Part shown: in pieces, positions 10,230 to 21,020 of the stretch | Numbering within the stretch: position 1 is the stretch's first letter | Layout of the letters: the number at the start of each line of letters is the position of its first letter | Assembly: GCA_963824995.1 (NCBI GenBank) | Contig: CAWGRK010000016.1 | Coordinates: 1-64,000 of the forward strand | DNA length: 64,000 bases | Direction: 5' to 3' | Source of the DNA: an uncultured Actinomycetes bacterium | GTDB taxonomy: Bacteria > Actinomycetota > Acidimicrobiia > Spongiisociales > DATADW01 | Notes under the pieces: model-generated | Told to the model about the DNA's origin: nothing | Seen by the model: the letters and a program-made list of their open reading frames with translations, nothing else | The model's database searches: none | Translations under genes and position numbers: made by a program

Positions 10230-11182
10230 CCCTCCCGCCATTGGATCGACCGAGACCCGGTGTCCGATTTGGAGTCCGTTGGCATCCACCCGGAAGCTGG
10301 CCCAGCATGGTGCTCGTGGACCAGCCGCTGAGATCACCGCTGGTGCGACGATCGCGTCCAGTCGAGACAGCCAGGTATCCGGCGGCGGCGGCTTGGGCGG
10401 CCACGTAGCTGGGTGTCGCTGCGTGTACCGCTCCCGATAGACGCGCTTGCGAACACCTCACCCGTAGGGCCGACAGCGGTCTGCTCGGAGGACGGCAACC
10501 ATTGGACGGGGCCGAGGACCCCCTCGGCGGCAGATCCGGCGGCTCCCAGGAAGGCGGGAATCCCGGCAGCCACGCAACCGACGAGCCGCGCAGTCGAGGA
10601 ACGCACCACGGCCACGTCCTCCTCGAAACGCCCCACCACCAGCAACGCGCCGTCGGGTTCAAACGATAACGATGAGGACTCCCAGGCAGCCATCGGCACC
10701 GTGTCCACGGGGAGCGACGACCGTTCCGCATGCCTAACCGCTCCCTTGGCGACGAGATTGGCGAAGCGCCCAGCGCCGTGGACAACGGTCAGACGTTCAC
10801 ATCCCCGCGCCATGGCGACGTCAACCAACGGGGTGAAGTAGCCCGAGGCAGGCGCTGCAACCATCGGCGCCCAGGGACGGGCCAGGTCATCGGCCGAGCC
10901 ACCGTGGTTCCATATGACAGTGGAGCCATCTACCGCCGCCAGCGCCTGTCGCACCAGGCCACTTCCGTACGGGCCGAGCAGAATGTCCTCGCCGGCCCGT
11001 TCTCGGTACGCAGACTCCGCTGAGGCACGTAGATCCACCACTTCGAGGTCGATGCCAACGTCAACGCTCCACAACTCGAGCCCGCGGCGGGCATCTTCGC
11101 TCTGCAGCCGTAGCGTCCCGGTGAGGTCCAGAGCGGTGAAGGCGCGCAGACGAGCCACTCCGTCATTTTGGGACCGTCTCAT
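10230..11182 (-). CDS. Type 1 periplasmic-binding-protein fold (branched-chain amino-acid SBP-like), no signal peptide, frameshifted C-terminus; 3' end approximate
   Basis: LLGPYGSG, WNHGGSAD, EGVLGPVQW, then YVAAQAAAAG and TSTMLG..FRVD in shifted frames. Confidence 0.65.
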
Positions 11183-11196
11183 GGAAGTGGCGAGAG

Positions 11197-11643
11197 TCAG
11201 GCAGCATCGAGCATGAAGACGGGGTGTTCCGTCACCTCCGAGCGCCAGACGGTGAGGGGGTCATCCACGCTGGCGTCGAAGTAGGGACTCAACATTCGAC
11301 GCAGCATGGTCCCCCGTGCCGACAGGCTGTCACGCAGTACCTTGCTCGCCTCCTCGACCGGCAGCGGCGTCGCGGTGACCTCGAAACGCCGGCCTCGCCT
11401 GGTGATCTCGCCTCTTCCGGAGCGCTCCAGGTTCTTGACCCAATCGACTCGCCCGTAAGCGGCGACGAGAAGCCATCCATCACCCGCCGGGGCGAGAGCA
11501 ACCGGGGTCGATCGGAGTATCCCGGTGGTGCGGCCCGGGACGGTGAGCAATGCCATGGGACCGGCGGGCACGGGGAGCTTGGTGATGAAGGCAACGACCC
11601 TGTTGTAGAAGCGGGCTGTGGCGGTGTGGCGATAGGCCCTCAT
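11197..11643 (-). CDS. Deazaflavin (F420)-dependent nitroreductase family protein
   Basis: LLTVPGRTTGILRSTPV, LVAAYGRVDWVKNL, HPVF; AGAGGA RBS before ATG 11643. Confidence 0.85.
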   Translation of the reverse strand: MRAYRHTATARFYNRVVAFITKLPVPAGPMALLTVPGRTTGILRSTPVALAPAGDGWLLVAAYGRVDWVKNLERSGRGEITRRGRRFEVTATPLPVEEASKVLRDSLSARGTMLRRMLSPYFDASVDDPLTVWRSEVTEHPVFMLDAA

Positions 11644-11667
11644 GACATCCTCTGGTAGTCTGAAACT

Positions 11668-11699
11668 TACGAAGAACATATTATACGAACTTCATATTA
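11668..11699. promoter_or_regulatory. Tandem imperfect palindromes in an AT-rich divergent promoter; probable MarR operator
   Basis: TACGAAGAACATATTA (11668-11683) and TACGAACTTCATATTA (11684-11699). Confidence 0.6.
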
Positions 11700-11700
11700 T

Positions 11701-12167
11701 ATGTCAACCGTAGGACGTGGCGCCCTGCTGAGACGGATCCAGGAAGGGATGCGTGATCTCACGTCCCGGCTGCATCAGTTGAACGACGCGGTGGGCGACC
11801 ATGTCGAGCTGAGTGGGAATGACATCGAAGTGCTCGATCTCATCGGACGATACGGCCCGATGACACCAGGCGCCCTCGGTGCACGGACCGGGATCCACCC
11901 CGCAACGCTCACCGGCGTGCTCGACCGGCTCGAGCGGGGAGACTGGTTGGTCCGAAGGCCCGATCCCGACGATCGGCGCCGTGTGCAAGTGGAGGCACGG
12001 TTCGACAGGGCGGGGGAACTGGCCCGCCTCTATGCACCCATGCTGAGGTCGCTCAACGAGATCTGCTCCGACTACAACGTTGGAGCAGCTTGAGGTGATC
12101 GCCGGTTTCCTCGATCGCGCCGTCCGATGCTGGGGCCATTGCCGCAGCCGACCTTCGAGAGGACTAG
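11701..12167 (+). CDS. MarR family regulator (frameshifted near the C-terminus)
   Basis: MTPGALGARTGIHPATLTGVLDRLE...PDPDDRRRV; continues EQLEVIAGFL in a shifted frame to TAG 12165-12167. Confidence 0.88.
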
Positions 12168-12169
12168 GG

Positions 12170-12434
12170 CTACTCGACGGGTTCGATCCAGCGAAGTCGT
12201 GACGAAGCTGACCCTCACCGCGCTCTCGGTTCGAACTGCGACCATCAGCACCGACTGGCAGTTCGGACATCGCAGCACGACACCCGGCGCCTCGGTGAAG
12301 GCGAGCACCGCCCCAAGCGGGTTGATGGCGCCGCACCCGTCGCAGCACCCTCGGGCGGAGGTCATCTCCCGGCCGAACACCTCGATGAGAAGCCCGCCGA
12401 CGGCGTTGCCGTCGAGGTGGCGGTCATCGCTCAT
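12170..12434 (-). CDS. Small Cys-rich protein (DUF6510-like)
   Basis: LDGNAVGGLLIEVFGREMT..CCDGCG...PGVVLRCPNC; ATGA overlap with the upstream reductase. Confidence 0.75.
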
Positions 12435-13191
12435 GGGGTACCTCCTGACGGCCCGAAACGCTCGGTCTTGACCCTTCCCGGATCGTGGCCGAGGTCGGTC
12501 AAAGCCGTGGCTACCGCTTCGACCAGGCCGGTGGGTCCGCACACGAAGCACAGGGGATCGTCGGACGGTGGCCAGGCGACCTTGGACAGAAGCTCGTCTG
12601 TCGATGCGCCCGCGGTGGCCGGTCCATCCGGCGGTTGAGATCGGGTCAGGGTGTGGATCACATCGACTCCCGGCATCGACGCGACCGTCCTCCAGTTCTG
12701 TCGCGGTAGATCACGTCATCCCAACTCCGCGACGAGAGCAACAGCACCGCACCGGGACCTCGCTGCCCGAGCGCACCCTCGAGCGGATCATGGCCATCAG
12801 CGGCACGAGACCGCTGCCCCCCGCCACGAGCAGCAAAGGCCCGCCCTGATCGGGCTCCCATACGAAATAGCCGCCGATCGGTCCGCGTAGCTCGACCTGG
12901 TCGCCGACCACCAATTCCTCGACGAGGTAGGGCGAGACCTCGCCATCTGCGATGAGCTCGACCGTGATCGTGATCCGCTCCCCGTCGGCAGGGGTGGCGA
13001 TCGAGTAACTCCGTTGTGCCTGGTAGCCGTCTTCGGCGGTCAGACCGGATGTCGAGGTGTTGACCGGGGAGGTGGCCCTCCCATCCCGGGCAGCGAAGCC
13101 CGATGCTCCTCACCTTGGCCGTCTCGTCCACCAGGTCGGCCACCTCGGCGAGTTGCCAGCTCAGTCGCCGGCGTAGCGCTGTTCCCGCCAT
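12431..13191 (-). CDS. Ferredoxin reductase-like FAD/NAD oxidoreductase (several frameshifts)
   Basis: HLPGQHLDIR, RGPIGGYF, LLVAGGSGLVPLMAM, FVCGPTGLVE, KTERFG spread over three frames. Confidence 0.85.
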
Positions 13192-13768
13192 GGGTCACCG
13201 TATTCGTGATAGCCGTATGACTCCCAGAAGCCACGCCGGTCGGTGTCGCTCGAGCTCGATGGCGGTCACCCATTTGGCGCTCTTCCAGAAGTAGAGGTGG
13301 GGGACGAGCAGGCGCGCCGGGCCGCCGTGCTCGGAGGCGAGCGGCTGGCCATCGAAGTCGGATACGACCCACGCCTTGCCGCCGATCAGGTCGCCGATCG
13401 GCAAGGTTGGTGGTGTACCCGCCATAGGAGTGGATCAGGGCGAACGCCGCTTCGGGCTTCCTGTCGGCCAACAGTGCGTCGAGCGACACTCCCCGCCAGG
13501 TCGTATCGAGCTTCGACCACTTGGTGACGCAGTGGATGTCCACCGTCACCTCCTCGGCGGGGAGCGATTGGAACTCCTCCCAGGTCCACGAGCGCGGAGG
13601 ATCGACCAGTCCACCCACGGTCAGCGTCCACTGCTCCAGCGCTATCCGTGGGGTGGGTCCCGCCGAGAGCACCGGGAAGTCCTTCGTCACGTACTGCCCC
13701 GGAGGCACCCGCCCTTCTGGCACTTCGGCCTGCCGCCGTCCTCTGAAACCTCTGCTGACGAAACTCAA
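13161..13768 (-). CDS. Sulfite oxidase-like molybdopterin oxidoreductase (frameshifted)
   Basis: [64 protein letters not shown]. Confidence 0.88.
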
Positions 13769-14011
13769 AGGCCGCTCCCGCTTCGGTCAAGATCTGCGAG
13801 TCGGGCACCACAGCCCGTCTCTCCCCGCCAAAGCTACCGACCCAACGGTGCGGACTCCCGGTTGGGACCGCCCATGAGTGTCTCATGGCGATGTCAATCG
13901 GATGGACTCATGGGCGTGCTTGGCATCGACCGGTCTACTCTCCCGACGTATCCGCGGGCGACGAGTGTGATCGGTCCTGGGACCGGGCCACCGCCCCGGA
14001 CAGGGGGAAGG

Positions 14012-17000
14012 ATGAAGGCATCGCGCTCCCTCGCTGCGCCTCCGTCTACTCGGCGCGGTGACTGCGGAGCTCAACGGCGAGCGGCTCGAGGGCCTCGATG
14101 CCCCGAGGGTCCAGCTTCTGTTGGCGCGGCTCTCGGTGTCCGACGACGACGCCGCTCGATCGGGGCCGGCTCGCCTACGAGCTCTGGCCCGACACGAACG
14201 ATTCCCAGGCGCGCACCAATCTCCGGCATCTCCTCCATCAGTTGCGCTCAGGACTCCAACGTGGCGACGAGCTGATCGAGGCGACCGGTCAGACCATCAG
14301 ATGGCGGCCGGGCTCAGTGCGTTTCCGACGTGGCCGCGTTCGCCAAGGCCACCGAGGAGTGGAGATTTCGAAGGGGCGGTTGACAGCTACGGCGGAGACC
14401 TGCTTCCCGGTAGCTACGACGAGTGGGTACTGGCTGAGCGAGACCGCTTGCGCGCCTTGGCGGTCGAGGCAAGGAGGGTGCTCGCCGAGAAGTCGGCTGC
14501 CAACGGCGATCATGCGGCGTCTGCGGAGCATGCCAGGGAGCTCATCAGGCTCGATGACCTGAGCGAGCCGGGTTATCTGTTGCTCATGGAGGCGCACGCT
14601 CGCCGTGGTCATCGAGCCGAAGCGCTCCGCGTGTACCACGCCTGCCGCCAGGTGCTCGAGCGGGAACTGGGCGTCGAGCCAGGGGAGGGACTGCAACTCG
14701 CCTACGAGCGGATCCGAAGCGATCAGCCCTCGGCAGCATCCCCCGCCCCCATTCCGACCACCTCGCCATTCGTCGGACGCGACGTCGAGTTCGAAACAGC
14801 CTGGTCGTCGTGGGAGGCGGCCTCGGCAGGAGATGTCCCCATGCTTTTGGTCAGCGGGGAGGCCGGAATCGGAAAGACCCGGCTGGTCGAGGAGTTGGCC
14901 CGTGCCTGCGCCGCCGCCGGGGCCATGGTGGTCCGCGCTCGTGGCTATCAGGCAACCGGTCGGCTCCCCTGGGCACCGATCGTCGAATGGCTCCGCAGCC
15001 CTCCGATACGTGAGCGGATCGGTGATCTCCCCGAGGTGTGGCGCATCGAACTCGCCCGTTTGATGCCCGAGCTCATCGAGGCCTATCCAAACCTGCCGAG
15101 ACCGGCACCGGTGGCCGACGAAGCACAGCGTCGTTTGCTGCTGGACGCGGTTACCAGGGCGCTTCGGTGGGGAGACGAACCGAGACTGTTGGTGATGGAT
15201 GACCTGCAATGGTGCGATGCCGACACGATCGAGGCGGTCGGCTATCTCCTCCATGGCGGCGGAGGGTCACCTCTGCTCGTGGCCGGCACCGTGAGGGCGG
15301 AAGAGGCAGCCGACAACGAGCCTCTGGTGATGCTCCGCACCGCGCTGGGCCACCAGCAGCGGATCGTCGATCTGCTCCTCAACCCGCTCGACGCCGACGC
15401 CACGGCCGAGCTGGCACAGCGCCTGTCGGGTCGGGAACTCGACGAAGCGACGCTGGCCCAGATCTACAGCAACACCGATGGCAACCCGCTGTTCGTCATC
15501 GAGACGCGTGCGAGCCGGGGTCGGCAACGATGGTGGCCGGACGCTCACTCCTACCGTGCGCAGCGTCATCCAACAGCGGCTCGCCCAGCTCTCCCCGAGT
15601 GCGCGCCAAATGGCCGACATGGCGGCCGTCGTCGGGACGAGGTTCTCGCTCGATCTCCTGGCAGCAGCCAGCGGTATCTCTGAGGAGAGCCTGGTGGCGG
15701 ATCTCGACGAGCTGTGGTTGCGCCGGATCGTCAGGGAACTCGGGTTCGGATACGACTTCAGCCACGACCGCATCAGGGAGGTGGTGACCGAGGCCATCCC
15801 TCCTGCCCGCCGCCGCCAACTGCACCGCGCCGTCGCCGACGGTCTGGTTGAGCTCGCCGGCGGTCAAATCGGCGCCGTGAGCTCCCGGTTGGCGGTTCAC
15901 TACGAGGAAGCCGGGTTGGTGGCCGCCGCGGTCGAGGCCCATCAGCGGGCGGCTGACCACGCCCTACAGCTGTACTCACTGGGCGACGCCATGATGTCCT
16001 TGCGCTCCGCTCTCGCCCTGCTGGAGCATCTTGCCGCCCGGCGATGGCCGCGACCGAATCGAGCTCGATCTGCGAACCACATTGGCCGCGGCGATGGCGG
16101 CGAGCGTCGGTTACGCCTCCCAATCGGCCGAACAGCAGTACCAGCGGGCGGCGGACCTCTCTCTAAAGCTGGGATTGCCGGTCAGCTCACCGGTCCTCCG
16201 TGGATTGGGTCTCAACGCGGTGGTGACCTCCAGGTTCCAGCCGCGCCGACTCCCTTGCCAAGGAGCTGCTGCAGAGGGAATGACGAGCCGATCGCCGTGA
16301 CCGAGGGTCACTATCTCCTCGGCGTCAGCGCCTTCTGGCAGGGAGACCTGACAGGTGCCAGACGCAGTCTCCAGGACGCCATCGACTCATACCGACCCGA
16401 ACTTGGCCCCGAGCACCTCGCCCGGTACGCCCAAGATCCGAAGGCGATCTGCCTGGTACGGCTCGCCGCAACGGAGTGGTGGTTCGGTGAGCTGGGCAAG
16501 GCTCGGGAGCTGGCCGAAGAAGCACGCCGCTTCGCCGACTCGCTCGACCATCCCAACACGCTCGGCTATGTGCTCAACTGGATCGGCTTGCTCGCCGTCG
16601 AGGCCGACGACCGGGATCGTCTCTCCGATCTGGTCGATGACCTGAAGACGCTCCTGTCGGGCCACCAGCTGTGGTATCCCGAGACCGGCCGCATCCTCTA
16701 CCAGGGCTGGCTCGACGTGATGGATGGGAACCGGGCGGTGTCGACGGCGTGCGGGCGTCGGTCGCCGGATGGCTCTCCGACAAGGGGATATCGCACCTGT
16801 CGTACAACCTCTGCATGCTGGCTCGTAGCGGTTTGCTCACCGGGGAATCTCGAGGTTGCCCGAGCCGCCGTGGCCCAGGCAAAGCTACGGAGCGCCGAGC
16901 ACGGAGAGGACTTCATGGAACCCGAGTTGTGGCGACTCGATGGCGAGATCGCGGCCCGAGACGGCGATATCGAGCAAGCCAGGTGCCAGCTTCGCCCTGG

Positions 17001-17094
17001 TGTCGACGTGGCCCGGCGACAAGGAGCGGTGTGGCTCGAGCTGAAGCTCGTCGAGAGCATCGAGCGTCTCGGCGACCGACCCGGCAAGCCATGA
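14012..17094 (+). CDS. SARP/AfsR-type regulator (wHTH-BTAD-AAA ATPase-TPR), multiple frameshifts
   Basis: LRLRLLG.., LWPD..ARTNLR, BTAD (EALRVYHAC..LERELGVEPG), Walker A GEAGIGKT, DDLQWCD, GNPLF, YDFSHDRIREV, TPR-like tail. Confidence 0.85.
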
Positions 17095-17254
17095 GCACCT
17101 CGCTGCCGTCCTGGCGCGGATCGACCAGTTCCGTCGACGTTCCCTACGTGCGATCGGGTGGCCGCTCTGCTCGGCTGAGAGGCGAGCGACGCTCCTGGAA
17201 CGGCGACTGGAACGCGTCATGCCGCACTCTTCCGGTAACCAGAGAGGAGATCCC

Positions 17255-18667
17255 GTGTCTTCAACGATCGAGCAACTGCGCAGCCGGGTTCGTGGCGAGG
17301 TGATCGAACCCGCCGACGAGGGCTACGAGCAGCACCGCAAGGTGCGAAACGCAATGCATGACCGGCGACCGGCGGCGATCGTGCGCTGTGTGGATGCCGC
17401 CGACGTCATTGCCGGACTGGACTACGCCCAGTCGGCGGGTCTCGAGGTGGCGGTGAGGGGCGGCGGTCATAGCGTGCCCGGCTTCGGCACCTGGGACGAT
17501 GCGGTCGTGATCGACCTCTCGCCGATGCGAGGTGTGCGGGTCGATCCGGCCGATCGGACCGCCCGGGTCGGCGGCGGCGCCACCTGGGGGGATTTCGACC
17601 ACGCAACCCACGCCTTTGGTCTGGCGACCACCGGGGGGATCATCTCCACCACGGGTGTCGGCGGGCTGACGCTGGGTGGAGGGATCGGGCATCTGGCAAG
17701 GGCGCACGGCCTGTCGTGCGACAACCTGATCTGTGCCGATGTGATCACCGCCGACGGGCGTCAGGTCACGGCCAGCGACTACCAGCATGAGGATCTCTTC
17801 TGGGCACTCCGTGGCGGTGGCGGCAACTTCGGAGTGGTCACCGCGCTCGAGTTCCGACTCCACGAGGTCTCGACGATCGTCGGTGGTCCGCTGTTCTACG
17901 AGCCGGACGATGCCGCCGCGGTGCTCGATTTCTACCGCCGTTTCGTGGACCAGGCACCCGAGGAATTGGGCATCTTCTTCGGCTGGCAGATCGCCCCACC
18001 TCTCCCCTTTGTCCCCGAGGATCGGGTCGGCGATCTCTTCTGCGCCCTGGTGGTCTGCTGGTCGGGACCAGCAGACGAAGCCGAGAAGGTGCTCGCCCCG
18101 GTCTACGAGGTGGCACCGGTGGTGGCGGAGCACGTTGGTCCCATGCCATACCCGGCGCTCAACGGCGCCTTCGATGGGCTCTTCCCACCGGATCTCCACC
18201 ACTACTGGAAGACCGACTTCGTCACCGAGATCAGCGACGAGGCGATCGCCGCACACGTCGAGCACGGCAAGAAGACGCCATACGTGAGCTCGACGATGCA
18301 CCTCTACCCGATCAACGGAGCGGTGCAACGGATCGGGTCGGCGGACACCGCTTTCGCCCAGCGGGACAAGAACTTCGCCGCCGTCATCGTCGGAGCCTGG
18401 CCCGACCCCGCCGACACCGAGGCCAACACGGAATGGGTACGGGACTACTACGCCGCCATCCACCCCTACTCGGGAACCGATGCCGGGTACGTCAACTTCA
18501 TGTCGGGGGACGATGGTCACAAGTTGGCGGCCACCTATGGCGAGAACATGGATCGACTGGCAGAGGTGAAGGCCACGTACGACCCGGACAACGTGTTCCA
18601 CATCAACCAGAACATCGCACCGAAGTCGACGAGTCAGACCAGGGAGTGGGCGGGAGTGGGGCAGTGA
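17255..18667 (+). CDS. FAD-binding oxidoreductase, berberine-bridge-enzyme/VAO family
   Basis: RGGGHS flavinylation motif, GVGGLTLGGGIG, LFWALRGGGGNFGVVT, YVNF, KATYDPDNVF; GAGAGGAG RBS before GTG 17255. Confidence 0.93.
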   Translation: MSSTIEQLRSRVRGEVIEPADEGYEQHRKVRNAMHDRRPAAIVRCVDAADVIAGLDYAQSAGLEVAVRGGGHSVPGFGTWDDAVVIDLSPMRGVRVDPADRTARVGGGATWGDFDHATHAFGLATTGGIISTTGVGGLTLGGGIGHLARAHGLSCDNLICADVITADGRQVTASDYQHEDLFWALRGGGGNFGVVTALEFRLHEVSTIVGGPLFYEPDDAAAVLDFYRRFVDQAPEELGIFFGWQIAPPLPFVPEDRVGDLFCALVVCWSGPADEAEKVLAPVYEVAPVVAEHVGPMPYPALNGAFDGLFPPDLHHYWKTDFVTEISDEAIAAHVEHGKKTPYVSSTMHLYPINGAVQRIGSADTAFAQRDKNFAAVIVGAWPDPADTEANTEWVRDYYAAIHPYSGTDAGYVNFMSGDDGHKLAATYGENMDRLAEVKATYDPDNVFHINQNIAPKSTSQTREWAGVGQ

Positions 18668-19100
18668 TCACACGCCACGCCCCAATTCGCTCAGACCCTG
18701 AGGGGGAGGGAACGGGCGGTCGACCGGCCCCGACGGCAATCCCGGTTGTTGTCAGCGGGTCGGATCGACCGCCTCGATCCCACTGAGTTGGGGCAGGATC
18801 TTGATGACGAGCAGGCCCATCGCGTCGGGTTTGTGTGCGTCGTTTGTGTCGACCACCAGCTGGGCTCCGGCCCGGCGAGCTTGCCGAACCGGTCGATGAT
18901 TTCGTCGGCACTCTCGAGGGAGTCCCGCCAGGCATTCGGCTCGAAAAGCGAGACCGACTGCAGATTGACCCGCTCTATCTCTTGGACGGTCGCCCCACGG
19001 CGAGCCGTGCTCGGCGAGTACGGCGACTTCTGACGGAGCTGGTAGGTGCGCCGGCGATGACTCAGGGATGGGATACTGAACGTCCGCACCGGCGGCTCAC

Positions 19101-19173
19101 GGGGACGTAGCTCAGCTGGAAGAGCACCTGCTTTGCAAGCAGGGGGTCGTGGGTTCGAGTCCCATCGTCTCCA
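19101..19173 (+). tRNA. tRNA-Ala (TGC), no encoded CCA
   Basis: GGGGACG...CGTCTCCA acceptor stem with G3:U70, TAGCTCAG D arm, CCTGC-TTTGCAA-GCAGG anticodon arm, GGTTCGAGTCC T arm. Confidence 0.97.
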
Positions 19174-20254
19174 CTAGGCAATGCAGATCAGAGCCTTGAA
19201 GACCCCGCGTTGGTGGTCAACGAGCGGCTGGCTCGACCTTCACGTCACCAAAGCGTGACTCAGGGATAAGGGCGGTCCATGCGCGATCGACCACCGATCG
19301 GTGCACGCTGCAGCACGTGCCTCCGCCAGATCCGTTTGGTACTGGCGCCTCGATCTGGCGCGGCCGAGGGCGCAAGGCGTCCCCGATAGGTAAGGCTGCC
19401 GGCCTGCAGCGGAGATCGGACTAGTTCGTCCTACCGCCTTGTCGCCAGGAAGACATATTCCTTGCCGGGCCGATCGGGAGCGTCACGAGCTTCGTCAACC
19501 CGGAAGCCCGCTGCCTCGAGCGAGTCGGCGATCTCGTCGTAGGAGCGAAAGCGCAGCGTCGATTCCGACACCAGGGTGGTGCCGTCGTCATGGAACACGA
19601 TCGTGCCGCGGAAGGTCACGAAGGGAAGCGATACGGAGACGACCTCGCTCCAGGTCTCAACCACGCCTATGCCATCGAGCTCGACTCGCTGGAAGGAGTC
19701 GACGGGATTCCAATCGAGCCACACCTTCCTCTCGGGCCGCCGGCTCTCGAACACAAGAGAACCGCCCGGCCGAAGCACTCGGCGCGCCGCCTCGAGCGTC
19801 TCGGCCCACTCGTGGTCTTCCAAGAAGACCTGGGCGACGTTCCCGGTCATGGTTGCGAGGTCGACTTGCATCGGCGGCAGATCCGCCGCCACGCCATGGA
19901 CCCAGCGGACGAGGTCAGCTCCGACCTTTCGACGCGCGACCGCCAGCATCGCCGCCGCGGGGTCCACGCCGACGACTTCGAGGCCCTCGTTGGCAAGAAG
20001 GCATGCGAAGGTGCCCGTGCCGCAGCCGATATCGACCGCTGAACGCGCCCCCAGCTCCTGAGCGACGGACAGGTAGGGGTCGAGGTCGCTCCGATCAGAG
20101 TCGAGATCGTCGTAGATGTCGGCAAGCCGTGGCTCGTCGAAGATGCGATCAGGCACCGCGCGAGCCTGCCACACGGCGACGACGGTCGGCCGGGCGTTCT
20201 CACGTCAGCCGCTTGCAAGCAGGGGGTCGTGGGTTCGAGTCCCATCGTCTCCAC
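19133..20254. mobile_element. Minimal tRNA-Ala-integrated island bounded by a 42-bp direct repeat (attL/attR-like)
   Basis: TTGCAAGCAGGGGGTCGTGGGTTCGAGTCCCATCGTCTCCAC at 19133-19174 and 20213-20254; no integrase between them. Confidence 0.8.
19431..20156 (-). CDS. Class I SAM-dependent methyltransferase (island cargo)
   Basis: VDIGCGTG, GVDPAAAMLAVAR, MTGNVAQVF, LRPGG; start GTG 20156 (alternative 20174). Confidence 0.9.
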   Translation of the reverse strand: MPDRIFDEPRLADIYDDLDSDRSDLDPYLSVAQELGARSAVDIGCGTGTFACLLANEGLEVVGVDPAAAMLAVARRKVGADLVRWVHGVAADLPPMQVDLATMTGNVAQVFLEDHEWAETLEAARRVLRPGGSLVFESRRPERKVWLDWNPVDSFQRVELDGIGVVETWSEVVSVSLPFVTFRGTIVFHDDGTTLVSESTLRFRSYDEIADSLEAAGFRVDEARDAPDRPGKEYVFLATRR

Positions 20255-20300
20255 CAACCCTCAGCCCGGGTCCGGCATCGCCCCCGCGTACCATGCCGAC

Positions 20301-20954
20301 ATGGAGTCGCCATACTCGGTTCGCTACCGGGAGTACGCCGAGGCGATCTGGGAGATCGAGGAAGAGGGCATCCCGGTGATCCAGGCCCGGGTGGCCGATT
20401 GGCTCGGTGTGAGCCGTGCCAGCGTCAACGAGATGGTGCACCGCATGGCCGACGAGGGGCTGCTCGATCTCGACGACCGGATCCGGCTCACCGAGGAGGG
20501 CAGGCACCTGGCGGCGGTGATCGTCCGCCGCCATCGGCTGGCCGAGCGCTTCCTCTCCGACGTTCTCAAGCTCCCTTGGGACCGCGTCCATGCCGAGGCC
20601 GAGGTGTGGGAGACCACCATCTCCGATCAGGTCGAGGAAGCGATGTGGGCGGTGATGGAGGATCCCAAGACCTGCCCGCACGGCAACCCCATACCTGGCG
20701 CCGGGTACAAGCCGCCGAGGATGAAGCCCATCGTCGAGATGGAGGTCGGCGAGTCGATGCGGCTCGAGCGGATCTCCGAGGAGTTGGAGCTCGACGCCGA
20801 GCTGATGGGGTTCCTCGACCGAAACGGGTTGCGGCCTGACGCCAAGGTCGAATTCGTGGGCCACGACGGCCAATCCGGCGTCACGGTCTTGGTCAACGGG
20901 TCGGACGTGGCGATCGGCTCATTCGCAGCCGAGCGTCTCTTCGTATCCGAGTGA
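20301..20954 (+). CDS. DtxR/IdeR/MntR-family metal-dependent repressor with FeoA domain
   Basis: EYAEAIWEIEEEG..QARVADWLGVSRASV, RRHRLAERFL, HAEAEVWE, CPHGNPIPG. Confidence 0.93.
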   Translation: MESPYSVRYREYAEAIWEIEEEGIPVIQARVADWLGVSRASVNEMVHRMADEGLLDLDDRIRLTEEGRHLAAVIVRRHRLAERFLSDVLKLPWDRVHAEAEVWETTISDQVEEAMWAVMEDPKTCPHGNPIPGAGYKPPRMKPIVEMEVGESMRLERISEELELDAELMGFLDRNGLRPDAKVEFVGHDGQSGVTVLVNGSDVAIGSFAAERLFVSE

Positions 20955-21020
20955 CATCCGGGCATCTTCGAGGTCCCGGCTCGGTTCTACGATGAGACTT
21001 TCGATAGGCGAGGAGCAGCC

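Noticed and set aside
18750..19050. Possible minus-strand gene fragment (..VQEIERVNLQSVSLFEPNAWRDSLESADEIIDRF..)
   Set aside because: Coding-like, but no clear start, apparently frameshifted and no recognisable family
20213..20256. Second tRNA-Ala gene
   Set aside because: Only the 3' half is present; no 5' acceptor strand or D arm, so it is an att-type duplicate
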